Source: Sandaracinaceae bacterium (GTDB taxonomy: Bacteria; Myxococcota_A; Polyangia; Polyangiales; Sandaracinaceae). From it: 64,000 nt of DNA. The stretch spans positions 32,001-96,000 of the forward strand of contig JBGAQA010000006.1 of the NCBI GenBank assembly GCA_044220955.1, given 5' to 3'. This document shows positions 53,459 through 62,440 of the stretch, in pieces. A program made the translations under genes and the position numbers. The notes beneath the pieces were generated by a model, which did no database searches, was not told where the DNA came from, and saw nothing but the letters and a program-made list of their open reading frames with translations. Within the stretch, counting starts at the first letter, position 1; each line of letters opens with the position of its first letter.

Positions 53459-54519
53459 CGCTGGCGCTGATCGCGCTGGCGCTCATCCTCGCCCTCGGGC
53501 TCTCCGTCTTTCTCCACTACGCTTCGTCCGTCCGCCGCTACCACGTCGAGGTGCCCTACGCGCTCGTGGAGCGCCTGCCCACGCCGGACGGCGCCTGCAT
53601 CGAGCTGCGGCGGCTTCCAGGCGACACCCTGGTCGCGCGGCCGCCCGTGCTCCTCGTGCACGGGATCGCCATCGACCACCGCAACAACGACATGCTCGAG
53701 TCGCTCTCGCTCGCGCGCACGCTCCGCGCCGCCGGGCGTGACGTCTGGCTGCTCACGCTGCGCAGCGGCATCGAGGGTGCGTCGTGGCGCCACATGCGCC
53801 GGGTGCGCTTCGACCCGATGGCGCGGCACGACCTGCCGATGGCCGTGGCCGAGGTGCGCGCGCGGACCGGCGCTGCGGCGATCGACTACGTCGGCTTCTC
53901 CATGGGCGGCATGCTGCTCTACGCGGCGCTCGGCCGCACGCTCGAGGCCTCGGCGATCCGCCGCGTCGTGATCCTCGGCTCGCCCGGCAAGATGGTGCCA
54001 CCGCTTCGCGCGGTCTCGACGCTCGCGCGCGTGCCGCGCTGGCTGGTCCCGGGCCTGCCGCTGCGCATCGCGTCGCGCCTGGTCGCCTTCGTGGCGGAGC
54101 ACCTCTGGACCCCGATCCATGCGCTCGTCTACAACCGGCGCAACGTCGACCGCGGCGTGACGGCGCCGGCCCTGATGACGATCCACGACATCGCGCAGCC
54201 GCTGATGGCCGACTTCGCCGGCTTCCTCGCCGAGGGCGGCCTCTTGCGCTTCGAGGGCAGGCCCGTGCTCACCGGTCTCGCGCATGTGCGGATCCCGGCG
54301 CGATTCTTCGCGGGCGCGGGCGACCTCATCGCCCCGCCCGCGGCGGTGCGCGCGGCGTACGAGGCGTGGGGCGCCGACGAGCCCGCGGTCGACAAGTCGC
54401 TCACCGTGCTCGCCGCCGCGTCGCACGGCGCGGACTACGGGCACGGGGATCTCGCGATCGGAAAGAACCTCGCGCGCGACGTGTTCGCGCCGGCCACCGC
54501 GTTCCTCGATGCGGCATGA
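53455..54519 (+). CDS. Membrane-anchored alpha/beta hydrolase (Ser nucleophile)
   Basis: GTGA overlap; 'LLVHG', GFSMGG, 'GAGDLIA', 'DYGHGDL'. Confidence 0.88.
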   Translation: MTLALIALALILALGLSVFLHYASSVRRYHVEVPYALVERLPTPDGACIELRRLPGDTLVARPPVLLVHGIAIDHRNNDMLESLSLARTLRAAGRDVWLLTLRSGIEGASWRHMRRVRFDPMARHDLPMAVAEVRARTGAAAIDYVGFSMGGMLLYAALGRTLEASAIRRVVILGSPGKMVPPLRAVSTLARVPRWLVPGLPLRIASRLVAFVAEHLWTPIHALVYNRRNVDRGVTAPALMTIHDIAQPLMADFAGFLAEGGLLRFEGRPVLTGLAHVRIPARFFAGAGDLIAPPAAVRAAYEAWGADEPAVDKSLTVLAAASHGADYGHGDLAIGKNLARDVFAPATAFLDAA

Positions 54520-55096
54520 GCTCCTCGCGATGTGCCTGCTCGGCGCGTGCGGCGTGCCGGCGACGCGGGCAGCGTGTCCCGCCGGCACCCGCGCGGACGG
54601 CCCCCGCGCTGCGGCGATCGAGGCGCGCCTCGGGACGGTCTCCGAGGGCCGCGCGCTCCTCGCGTCGCGCGATCGCGTCGCGGCGATCTGCTTCGGCGAC
54701 CCCGCGAGCTCGTCGGTGATCACGGCCGATCGCCTCGTGCTGCTCGCGGGCGCGCTCGAGGAGGGCGAGGCGGCGGCGCGCCTCGGCCACCTGCTCGTGC
54801 ACGCGCGCGAGGGGCTGCCGATCGACGAGGTCCACGCCGGCCTCGACGAGGCCGCGTGCGACGCCGCCGTCGAGCGCGCGCTGATGCTCGAGGCGCGCGC
54901 GTACGTCGTCGAGGTCGCGCTGCAAGACGCGCTCGGCGCGCGGCCGACCACGCTCGCGTTCGAGTTCGCTGCGCGGATGCGCGCCGCGAGCGAGGGTGAG
55001 CGCGAGGGCATCGTGACGGCGTACCTGCGCGCGCACCCGCGGGGCGGGCCGGGGATCGATGGCCTCGCGGACGCGTACCGCGCGCGGTGCCGGTGA
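54509..55096 (+). CDS. Hypothetical lipoprotein, zincin-like with degenerate HExxH
   Basis: Lipobox LGAC; 'LGHLLVHA..EARAY'. Confidence 0.65.
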   Translation: MRHELLAMCLLGACGVPATRAACPAGTRADGPRAAAIEARLGTVSEGRALLASRDRVAAICFGDPASSSVITADRLVLLAGALEEGEAAARLGHLLVHAREGLPIDEVHAGLDEAACDAAVERALMLEARAYVVEVALQDALGARPTTLAFEFAARMRAASEGEREGIVTAYLRAHPRGGPGIDGLADAYRARCR

Positions 55097-55148
55097 AGGG
55101 CGAGGGCGAGGGTGAGGGCGAGGGCGGACGACTACGGACGGGTCCTCG

Positions 55149-56858
55149 CTACATCGCCCCCAGCACCAGCGTGGGCCGGGACCTCGTCATGTAGTCCCGC
55201 GTCCCGAGCTGGCCGAGCGCCGCGTCGCCCCAGCACCACACGCGACCCTCGTGATCGAGCGCGCACGTGTGGCCCGTTCCGTCGTCGGCGATGCCGCCGG
55301 TCGCGATCGCGTCCACGTCGGTGGGCATCGACACCATCACAGGCGCCGGCCGCATCATCGTCGTGCCGTCGCCGAGCTGGCCGCTCGCGTTGCTGCCCCA
55401 GCACGCGACGAGGCCTGTCGAGCGCACCGCGCACGCGTGCGTGCCGGCGCTCGGCGCCGAGACGCTCGTCGCGTCCATGATCGCGCTGACCTGGACCGGC
55501 GCGGACGAGGTCGCCGCCATCCCGTCGCCCAGCTGGCCGAGGATGCCGTCGCCCATGCACTCGATCGTGCCCGTGGCGTGCAGGAAGCAGGTGAACGTGC
55601 GCCCGCACGCGACGCCGATCGCGTCGCTGACGCCGGGCACCTGCACCGGCGCCCCCGGCGTCATGGTCGCGCCCATCCCGCGCTGCCCGTAGGTGTTCGC
55701 CCCCCAGCACCAGAGCTCGCCCCTCGACGTCACGGCGCACGCGTGCTGGAAGCCCATCGCGACCGCCGACACGTCGGCCATGACCATCGCGGCCGGCATG
55801 GAGCTCGGCGTCGTGCTGCCGAGGCCGAGCTGCCCTCGGTCGTTGGCGCCCCAGCAGAAGAGCGCGCCCATCGCGTCGATCGCGCACGTCGCGCCCACGC
55901 CGGCCGTGACGCTCTCGTAGGTGGCCGCGCCGGCGACCGCGAGGAGCGAGGACGCGTCGGTCGTCGTCCCGCGCCCGAGCTGGCCGTCCTGACCGTCGCC
56001 GAAGCAGCCGCAGCGGCCGCTCGCATCGACGGTGCAGGTGTGGAGCGAGCCGGCCGAGAGCGATGCGACGCGGCTCACCCCGGCGACCAGGGCGGGGGCG
56101 GGGTTGGCCTCGTACGTCGTGCTCCCGAGCTGATCCTGGTCGTTCCAGCCCCAGCACGTGAGCGCCCCGGCCATCGACGCCGCGCACGTGTGCGCGCCGC
56201 CCGCCGCGATCACCGCGATGCGCTCGCCGCCGCAGAAGCCGTCCATGCACGCGCCGCTCGGGCACGCGTGACCGCAGGTGCCGCAGTTCGCAGGATCGAT
56301 CGCGAGGTCGAAGCCCTCGTCCGCGCTCATGTCGCAGTCGTCGTCGAGGCCGTTGCAGACCTCGTCGACCGCCGCGCAGGCGGCCATGCCGGAGAGCGAA
56401 GGAGCCGAGCCGCTCCACGCGGGCAGCGCCTCGCCGGCGATCGCGATGTCGCGGCACCCGGTCTCGTCGCAGGTCTGCCCCGCCTCGCAGATCCGCGCGA
56501 CGCAGCGTGCCGCGAGCAGGACGCGGAGCATGCGGCTCGCGCCCGGCACGAAGCGCGTGCGGACGTCGCGCTCGAGGGTGCTGCCGTCGGTCCGGGTGCC
56601 GATCACCGTGATGAAGACCTCGATGTCCGCCGACGCGCGCGGATAGATCGCCAGCGTCAGCGGCAGGCTCGGCGCGCTCGGCATCGTGAAGTCGGCCGTG
56701 GCGTGGGCCGGCGGGCTGTGCGTGCTCGAGACGTCCACGTCGACGCGATCGAGATCGAGGTCACTGTCGATGACGAGGACGATCTGCGTGGACTGCGCGC
56801 AGCCGGCCGCGAGCAGCATCGCCGACACGAGCGCGAGCACCGACTTCGCGCGCGGCAT
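55149..56858 (-). CDS. RCC1-repeat lipoprotein with Cys-rich linker
   Basis: Start MPRAKSVL..AAGC; ~7 'HTCA..CWGxNxxGQLG' repeats; 'EVCNGLDDDCD'. Confidence 0.9.
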   Translation of the reverse strand: MPRAKSVLALVSAMLLAAGCAQSTQIVLVIDSDLDLDRVDVDVSSTHSPPAHATADFTMPSAPSLPLTLAIYPRASADIEVFITVIGTRTDGSTLERDVRTRFVPGASRMLRVLLAARCVARICEAGQTCDETGCRDIAIAGEALPAWSGSAPSLSGMAACAAVDEVCNGLDDDCDMSADEGFDLAIDPANCGTCGHACPSGACMDGFCGGERIAVIAAGGAHTCAASMAGALTCWGWNDQDQLGSTTYEANPAPALVAGVSRVASLSAGSLHTCTVDASGRCGCFGDGQDGQLGRGTTTDASSLLAVAGAATYESVTAGVGATCAIDAMGALFCWGANDRGQLGLGSTTPSSMPAAMVMADVSAVAMGFQHACAVTSRGELWCWGANTYGQRGMGATMTPGAPVQVPGVSDAIGVACGRTFTCFLHATGTIECMGDGILGQLGDGMAATSSAPVQVSAIMDATSVSAPSAGTHACAVRSTGLVACWGSNASGQLGDGTTMMRPAPVMVSMPTDVDAIATGGIADDGTGHTCALDHEGRVWCWGDAALGQLGTRDYMTRSRPTLVLGAM

Positions 56859-57658
56859 CACTCGACCGGGACCTGGTGCGGCGGGAGGTTGCCGAAGAAG
56901 GGAGGCGGGGCGCCCTGCGCCGTCACGCCGATCGCGACGCCACCCGCGACGAGCCCGGCGAGCAGCACGCCTCCGACGATCCAGAAGGCGGGCTCGTCGA
57001 GGATCGAGCGCCCTTGGGCGGGCGGCGGCGTGATCAGCGGATCGGGTGCGCCGTCGGGCGGTGGCAGGCCGAGATCGGGCGGCGCGTCGAGGACGACCTC
57101 GGCCTCGACTCCTTCCTCGGCGGTGAACGTGACCACGCGCGGCTCGGCGCCCTCGCGGAGGATCGTGAGCGTGTGCTCGCCCGGGTCCACGGGCAGCGCC
57201 GAGCCGATGGCCGCCGCCGAGAGCTGGTACTCGTCGAGCGTGACGGTGTCGGAGTCGAGCAAGCCGCGGATCTCGAGCCGCGCGTGCGGGATGCGCGGCT
57301 CGAGCGCATCGAGCTGGGCCTGCGCCTGCCCGCGCACGCGCGCGGCCGCGCCCGACTGCGCCTCGGAGAGGAACATCCGGTAGGCCTCGGCGGCCTCCAC
57401 CAGGCGACCGACCTGCGCGAGCGCGCCCGCGAGGTTCATGATCGTCATCGGTCGGGGCGCCAGCTCGAGCGAGCGCTGGAATGCGTCGACGGCGTCGGGC
57501 CAGCGCTGCTCGCGCGCCGCGCGTACGCCCTCGCGGAACTGGTCGCGCGCCAGCGCCTGCTCGCTCGCCGACTGCGCCTGCGCCAGCGCGGGCACCGCGA
57601 GGGCGACCGCCAGCGCCACGACCAGCGCGCGACCGAGCGCGTACGGACGCGCCGTCAC
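56858..57658 (-). CDS. TPR + PEGA domain protein
   Basis: GTG overlaps the upstream stop; 'WPDAVDAFQRSLEL..NLAGAL'; 'PVDPGEHTL'; C-terminal TM. Confidence 0.82.
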   Translation of the reverse strand: MTARPYALGRALVVALAVALAVPALAQAQSASEQALARDQFREGVRAAREQRWPDAVDAFQRSLELAPRPMTIMNLAGALAQVGRLVEAAEAYRMFLSEAQSGAAARVRGQAQAQLDALEPRIPHARLEIRGLLDSDTVTLDEYQLSAAAIGSALPVDPGEHTLTILREGAEPRVVTFTAEEGVEAEVVLDAPPDLGLPPPDGAPDPLITPPPAQGRSILDEPAFWIVGGVLLAGLVAGGVAIGVTAQGAPPPFFGNLPPHQVPVE

Positions 57659-59166
57659 GGGCAAGTCCTCCCCACCGCCGTGCACGGATCACCGGCGCAC
57701 CGGTCGCGCACCTCGCTCGGATCGCAGCTCGCGCCCGAGGGCAGGACGGGCCGGAGCGAGGCGCTCAGCTCGTAGCGGAGCGTCATGTCCGGCTGCACTC
57801 CCTGGTAGGCCTCGACGAACACCGCGTAGTCGCCCGGCGCGGCGTCCTCGATCACCAGCCGTGAGAGGTACGTGCTCGGCGTCGCGCCCGTGTGGTCGTC
57901 GTTGCACCAGCCCATCATCGAGGTCGCGGGCTCCACGCACTGGGTCCGTACGTACACGACCGTGTCGCCGCGGGGGTCGCTGCCCGCGTTCTCGGTCGTG
58001 AGCACCAGGTCCACCGCGACCATGTCGGGCACGGTCACGGTGTAGATGTCCTCGAGGCCGAGCGTGGGCGCGCAGCTTCCCGCGAACAGCCCCGATCCCT
58101 GCATGAGCACTCCCATCACGGAGGCCGACGTGGTCGCGGTCGTCGGCGTCGCGACCGCGATGGGAGTCGCTGCCCCGCACGCCGAGGCGCGCGCGGGGGT
58201 CGGCTGGCACGTGTGAGGCATCCCGGGCGCGCAGGTCAGCTCCTCGCTGCAGGCGTGCGTCGCATCGCAGGGCTGGCCCGAGAGCGCGAGGCTGCCGCCG
58301 AGCATCGGGGTGCGGACGTCGACCTCGCTGACGGAGTCTGGCTCGTCGACGGTGCGCACGTAGACGCTCGTCGCGCTGCCCACGCGTGAGGCCTGGTCCG
58401 CGGTCAGCCCGGTCCGCGCGCGCTCGACGAACGTCGTCGCGCCCGAGACCGATCGCGCGAAGGGAGCGCGTACCGCGTCGGAGGCCGTGCGCATTCCGTC
58501 CCCGTCCAGGTCTACGAGCTCGCCCGCGGGTCCGTGGAATCGCAGGACCACACCCCAGCCGTTCCCGTCGGCGTCGCCCCCGCGGACGTCGACGAGCAGC
58601 TCGTCACCGGCGAGCAGCGCGCTCGCCGACTCGATCGTCGGCGGCGCATTCGGCCGCGAGGTGAGCGCGAGCGTGACCGGGCCCTCGTCGTCGGTCGTGT
58701 ACGACGTGAGGATGAGGAAGACGTGGTCGCCCCCGTTCGCGAGGAAGTCCGCCCGCGCGCGGCGATCCTGCGCGTAGTCGTCCCAGCACGCGTCGCTGAC
58801 CGTTCCGGCGCACACCCCCCTACGCAGAGCGAGCACGGTGTCGAGCGAGCGATCGGTCCCGACGACGCCGGTGTTGGCGACGATCGCGTGCGGGCCGCTG
58901 CCCGGCACCGCGAGCTCGTAGACGATCTGGCCGGCGCCCTCGGTGCCCGTGCAGCCGGTCGTCACCGCGTGGGGCGCCGTGCGCAGGTCGAACATGCGCT
59001 GGACGGTCATTCCGTCGACGAGCGTGACGACCTCGGGCGCGTCGCAGCTGGCGGCGCGGATCACCCCCCCTTCTTGGCCTGGCGGCGTGACGCTCGTGCC
59101 GCATCCGGCGCCGGCGAGCGCCATCATGGCTCCGAGGGCCCAGCGCGCGCCGTACGGACGAGGCAT
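57655..59166 (-). CDS. Cys-rich lipoprotein with PPC-like beta-sandwich domains
   Basis: Lipobox GAGC; twice 'DTVxxxR..C..C.DD'. Confidence 0.72.
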   Translation of the reverse strand: MPRPYGARWALGAMMALAGAGCGTSVTPPGQEGGVIRAASCDAPEVVTLVDGMTVQRMFDLRTAPHAVTTGCTGTEGAGQIVYELAVPGSGPHAIVANTGVVGTDRSLDTVLALRRGVCAGTVSDACWDDYAQDRRARADFLANGGDHVFLILTSYTTDDEGPVTLALTSRPNAPPTIESASALLAGDELLVDVRGGDADGNGWGVVLRFHGPAGELVDLDGDGMRTASDAVRAPFARSVSGATTFVERARTGLTADQASRVGSATSVYVRTVDEPDSVSEVDVRTPMLGGSLALSGQPCDATHACSEELTCAPGMPHTCQPTPARASACGAATPIAVATPTTATTSASVMGVLMQGSGLFAGSCAPTLGLEDIYTVTVPDMVAVDLVLTTENAGSDPRGDTVVYVRTQCVEPATSMMGWCNDDHTGATPSTYLSRLVIEDAAPGDYAVFVEAYQGVQPDMTLRYELSASLRPVLPSGASCDPSEVRDRCAGDPCTAVGRTCP

Positions 59167-59204
59167 CCAGCCGCCAGGATCGCAAGAGCCGCGAGGCGGG
59201 GTCA

Positions 59205-60590
59205 ATGCCTCATCACGGTGCGAGCGCGGTCGCCGTGCTTGACCCTCCGCGCCCCCAGCCACATGCTCGCGCGCCCTTGGGAAGAGCACGCACGCGAACG
59301 AAGCCGCCCGCCCCGATCCGCGAGCACCCCTTCGGTCCGAGCCTCCGGGTCCTGCGCTATCGCCTCGAGAATGGCCTGACCATCCTCGTGCTGCGCGACC
59401 CGAGCGCGCCGATCGTCTCGTACCACACGTGGTTTCGCGTCGGCTCCCGGCACGAGACGCCCGGCAAGACGGGCCAGGCTCACCTGCTCGAGCACCTGAT
59501 GTTCATCGAGACCGAGTCGCTCGCCGAGGGCGAGTTCGATCGCCTTCTCGAGGCGGAGGGCGGAGAGAGCAACGCCGCCACCTGGACGGACTGGACCTAC
59601 TACTACGAGAACCTCCCGGCCTCGTCGTGGAAGCTGGCGGTGCGCCTCGAGGCAGGGCGGATGAACGGCCTGGTCCTGGCGCCGAAGCGCGTCGCCTCGG
59701 AGAAAGAGGTCGTCGAGAGCGAGCGGCGCGATCGCGTGGAGGACGACGTCGACGGCGCGGTCTCGGAGAAGCTCTACGCGAGCGTGTTCGGCCGGCGCCA
59801 CCCGTACGGCTGGCCGACGATCGGCTGGATGCGCGACATCCGCGGCTTCTCGCCCGCCGACTGCCGCCGCTTCTACCGCGCGCACTACGCGCCCAACCAC
59901 GCGACGATCGTGGTTGCCGGGGACGTCGAGCCCGACGACGCGGTCGACACGATCACTCGCGAGTACGGGCACTTCCGCGCGTTCGCCACGCCCACGCCGC
60001 CGCCCCTCGCGGCGCCCGTGCTGCGGGGAGAGAAGCGCCTCGAGATGCAGTGGCCGACGCCGACCGAGAAGCTGGCGATCGGCTGGGTCGCGCCGCGCTT
60101 CGCGGAGCGTGATCACGCCGTGCTCGTCGTGCTGACCCACGTCCTGGCGTCCGGGCGCAGCGCTCGCCTGCACGTCGATCTGGTGCGCGAGCGCGAGATC
60201 GCCAGCGAGGTGCGCATGTCGATCGCGCCGTTCCGCGAGGCGTCGCTCGTGGATGGCTGGGTCTCGCTGCGCGAGGGCCACACGGCCAACGAGGCGCTGC
60301 GCGCCGTCGATCTGCAGATCGCGCGGCTCGGTCGCGAGCTCGTGCCCGCCGCGGAGCTCGACAAGGTGAAGAACGGCCTCGAGCTGTCCTTCCTCGGCGG
60401 GCTCGAGACGGTCCCCGGCATGGCCGAGCAGATCGGGTTCTCGGAGACCGTCGTCGGCGATCCGAGCCACGCCTTCGCGCGCCTCGAGGAGTACCGGAGC
60501 GTGACGCCCGAGGACGTGCGCCGCGTCGCGTCGCGGGTGCTCCGCGCCGACGCGCGCACGATGGTGCGCGTCCGCCGAGGCCACGCTTGA
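59205..60590 (+). CDS. M16 (pitrilysin-family) zinc peptidase, active subunit; start uncertain
   Basis: 'RLENGL', 'VGSRHE..TGQAHLLEHLMF' (HxxEH), 'NAATWTD'. Confidence 0.93.
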   Translation: MPHHGASAVAVLDPPRPQPHARAPLGRARTRTKPPAPIREHPFGPSLRVLRYRLENGLTILVLRDPSAPIVSYHTWFRVGSRHETPGKTGQAHLLEHLMFIETESLAEGEFDRLLEAEGGESNAATWTDWTYYYENLPASSWKLAVRLEAGRMNGLVLAPKRVASEKEVVESERRDRVEDDVDGAVSEKLYASVFGRRHPYGWPTIGWMRDIRGFSPADCRRFYRAHYAPNHATIVVAGDVEPDDAVDTITREYGHFRAFATPTPPPLAAPVLRGEKRLEMQWPTPTEKLAIGWVAPRFAERDHAVLVVLTHVLASGRSARLHVDLVREREIASEVRMSIAPFREASLVDGWVSLREGHTANEALRAVDLQIARLGRELVPAAELDKVKNGLELSFLGGLETVPGMAEQIGFSETVVGDPSHAFARLEEYRSVTPEDVRRVASRVLRADARTMVRVRRGHA

Positions 60591-61891
60591 GCGTCCGCGG
60601 TCGATTCGTCACGCCGGCGGGAACGGTGGTCCTCGTCGAGGAGAGCCACGCGATCCCGCTCGTCGACCTGACGGCCGTGCTGCGGAGCGGCTCGCTCGCC
60701 GATCCGGCCGACCTCGAGGGGCTCGCGCGCGTCGCCGCCCGGATGCTGCGCATGGGCACCGGGACGCGGAGCGCGGAGCAGACCGAGGAGACGCTCGAGC
60801 GGCTCGGCGCCTCGCTCGCGATCGACGTCTCGCACGGCACCATTCGCTTCATGGGGTCCGTGATCGCGCGGTCCTTTCCCGCGTTCCTCGAGCTCTTCGG
60901 TGAGATCCTGACGGCGCCGGCCCTGCGTCCGCGCGACCTGGCCCGGGTCAAGCGCGAGTCCATCGCGGACCTCGCGCAGCAGCGGGACAACGATCGGTGG
61001 CTCGCGAGCCGCGCGTTCCGACAGGGCCTCTTCGGAGACCATCCCTACGCGCGCTCGCCGCTCGGGACCGCCGCGAGCCTGCCGCGCATCAAGCGCGAGC
61101 ACGTCGCGGACTACCTCGCGCGCCACGTGCGCGGTCCGAACCTCGTCGTCGGCGTCGCCGGAGACGTCGACTCGTCGTCGCTCCCCGCGCTCTTCGAGCG
61201 CGCGCTCGGCCCGCTGGCCCGCGCGCCCGTCCCGAGGACGCCGCTCGCCCCGCCGACGCGCCGCCGCGGTCGCCGCCTGGTGATCGTGGACAAGCCCGGC
61301 CGGACGCAGACGCAGATGTTCGTCGGCACGCTCGGATCGCGGCTGCGCGACCCGGACTTCCACACCCTCCTCGTGGCCAACACCGCGTTCGGCGGCACCT
61401 TCAGCGCGCCGCTCGTCCAGGAGGTCCGGGCGCGCCGAGGGTTCAGCTACTCGGCCTCGAGCCGTCTCGGGGCGGATCGCGAGCGCGAGGCGTGGACCGT
61501 CTTCACGCACCCGTCTGCCGAGAACGTCGCGAGCTGCCTCGAGCTGGAGCTTCGACTCGTGGAGCGGTTCGTCCAGCGCGGCCCGTCCGCCCAGGAGCTG
61601 CGCTTCGCCAAGAGCTACCTCGTCAAGAGCCACGCCTTCGACCTCGACACCCCCCAGAAGCGCCTCGAGCCACGCGTCGAGGCGGAGGTGCACGGCCTGC
61701 CGCGCGCGTTCCACGAGCGCTTCGTCGAGCGTGTGTCGGCCGTCGAGCTCCCCGCGGCACGGAGCGCCGTTCAGCGCCGGCTCTCCTCGCGCGACCTGAC
61801 GATCGCCCTGGTCGCCACCGCGCGTGACGTCGTCAGCTCTCTCGAGCGCCTGGTGGACGACGTTCGCGTCGTCCCCTTCGACCGCCTCTGA
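60587..61891 (+). CDS. M16B peptidase, non-catalytic partner subunit
   Basis: TTGA overlap; HxxEH absent; 'VRARRGFSY' R/Y motif. Confidence 0.9.
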   Translation: MSVRGRFVTPAGTVVLVEESHAIPLVDLTAVLRSGSLADPADLEGLARVAARMLRMGTGTRSAEQTEETLERLGASLAIDVSHGTIRFMGSVIARSFPAFLELFGEILTAPALRPRDLARVKRESIADLAQQRDNDRWLASRAFRQGLFGDHPYARSPLGTAASLPRIKREHVADYLARHVRGPNLVVGVAGDVDSSSLPALFERALGPLARAPVPRTPLAPPTRRRGRRLVIVDKPGRTQTQMFVGTLGSRLRDPDFHTLLVANTAFGGTFSAPLVQEVRARRGFSYSASSRLGADREREAWTVFTHPSAENVASCLELELRLVERFVQRGPSAQELRFAKSYLVKSHAFDLDTPQKRLEPRVEAEVHGLPRAFHERFVERVSAVELPAARSAVQRRLSSRDLTIALVATARDVVSSLERLVDDVRVVPFDRL

Positions 61892-62086
61892 GGCCGTCAG
61901 CGTCCTGACGGCGTGCTCGACGTCCTGCGCGGGCGGGCCACACGGAATCGGCCCATATTCGTGCAGTATCGTGATGGATCCGGGTCCCGCCGCGTCCCGC
62001 GCCGTGACATCGCGTCGCGTTCGCGACCGCGGAGGGCGCGCGGCGCGGACGGCCGAATTCCCCTCGCTTCGCGCGCTCTCACCCTG

Positions 62087-62101
62087 TGGCACATCGGTTG
62101 C
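62087..62101 (+). promoter_or_regulatory. sigma54 (-24/-12) promoter
   Basis: TGGCAC-ATCGG-TTGC, exact consensus spacing, in a ~550-bp intergenic region. Confidence 0.7.
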
Positions 62102-62440
62102 GACGGGCGGACGCCCCAGGGACCCCTCTCGTTCGCGCGCGTGCGTCGGGTGACGTTCGCCGCCGATCGGGGCGGCCTCGGGCGAGGCTCGGTACGGACG
62201 ACAGCGACTCTTGGTGACGAAACCTGGTTGACAGGTACGCGCGGGTGGGTCCTACTCGCGCGCCCTCGGGCTCCACGCCCGTGCTCCGTCTCCTCGCGGG
62301 CGGACATCTCGTGGTCGGCGTTCGTCCGGCCGTGCTCCTTTTCTCTCTTCCTCGCTCTGTCCCCGGTCTCGAACGACTCGAAACCCGCTCGCATTCCACG
62401 GACTCGCAGCTCGACGCAGATGCTCGACGGAGAAGCCTCG

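Noticed and set aside
53455..54519. PHA synthase PhaC call
   Set aside because: Nucleophile motif is GFSMGG (Ser), not the Cys lipase box of PhaC.
61913..62440. N-terminal 170 aa of ORF 61913..63871
   Set aside because: Precedes a clear signal peptide and spans promoter-like sequence; treated as non-coding.
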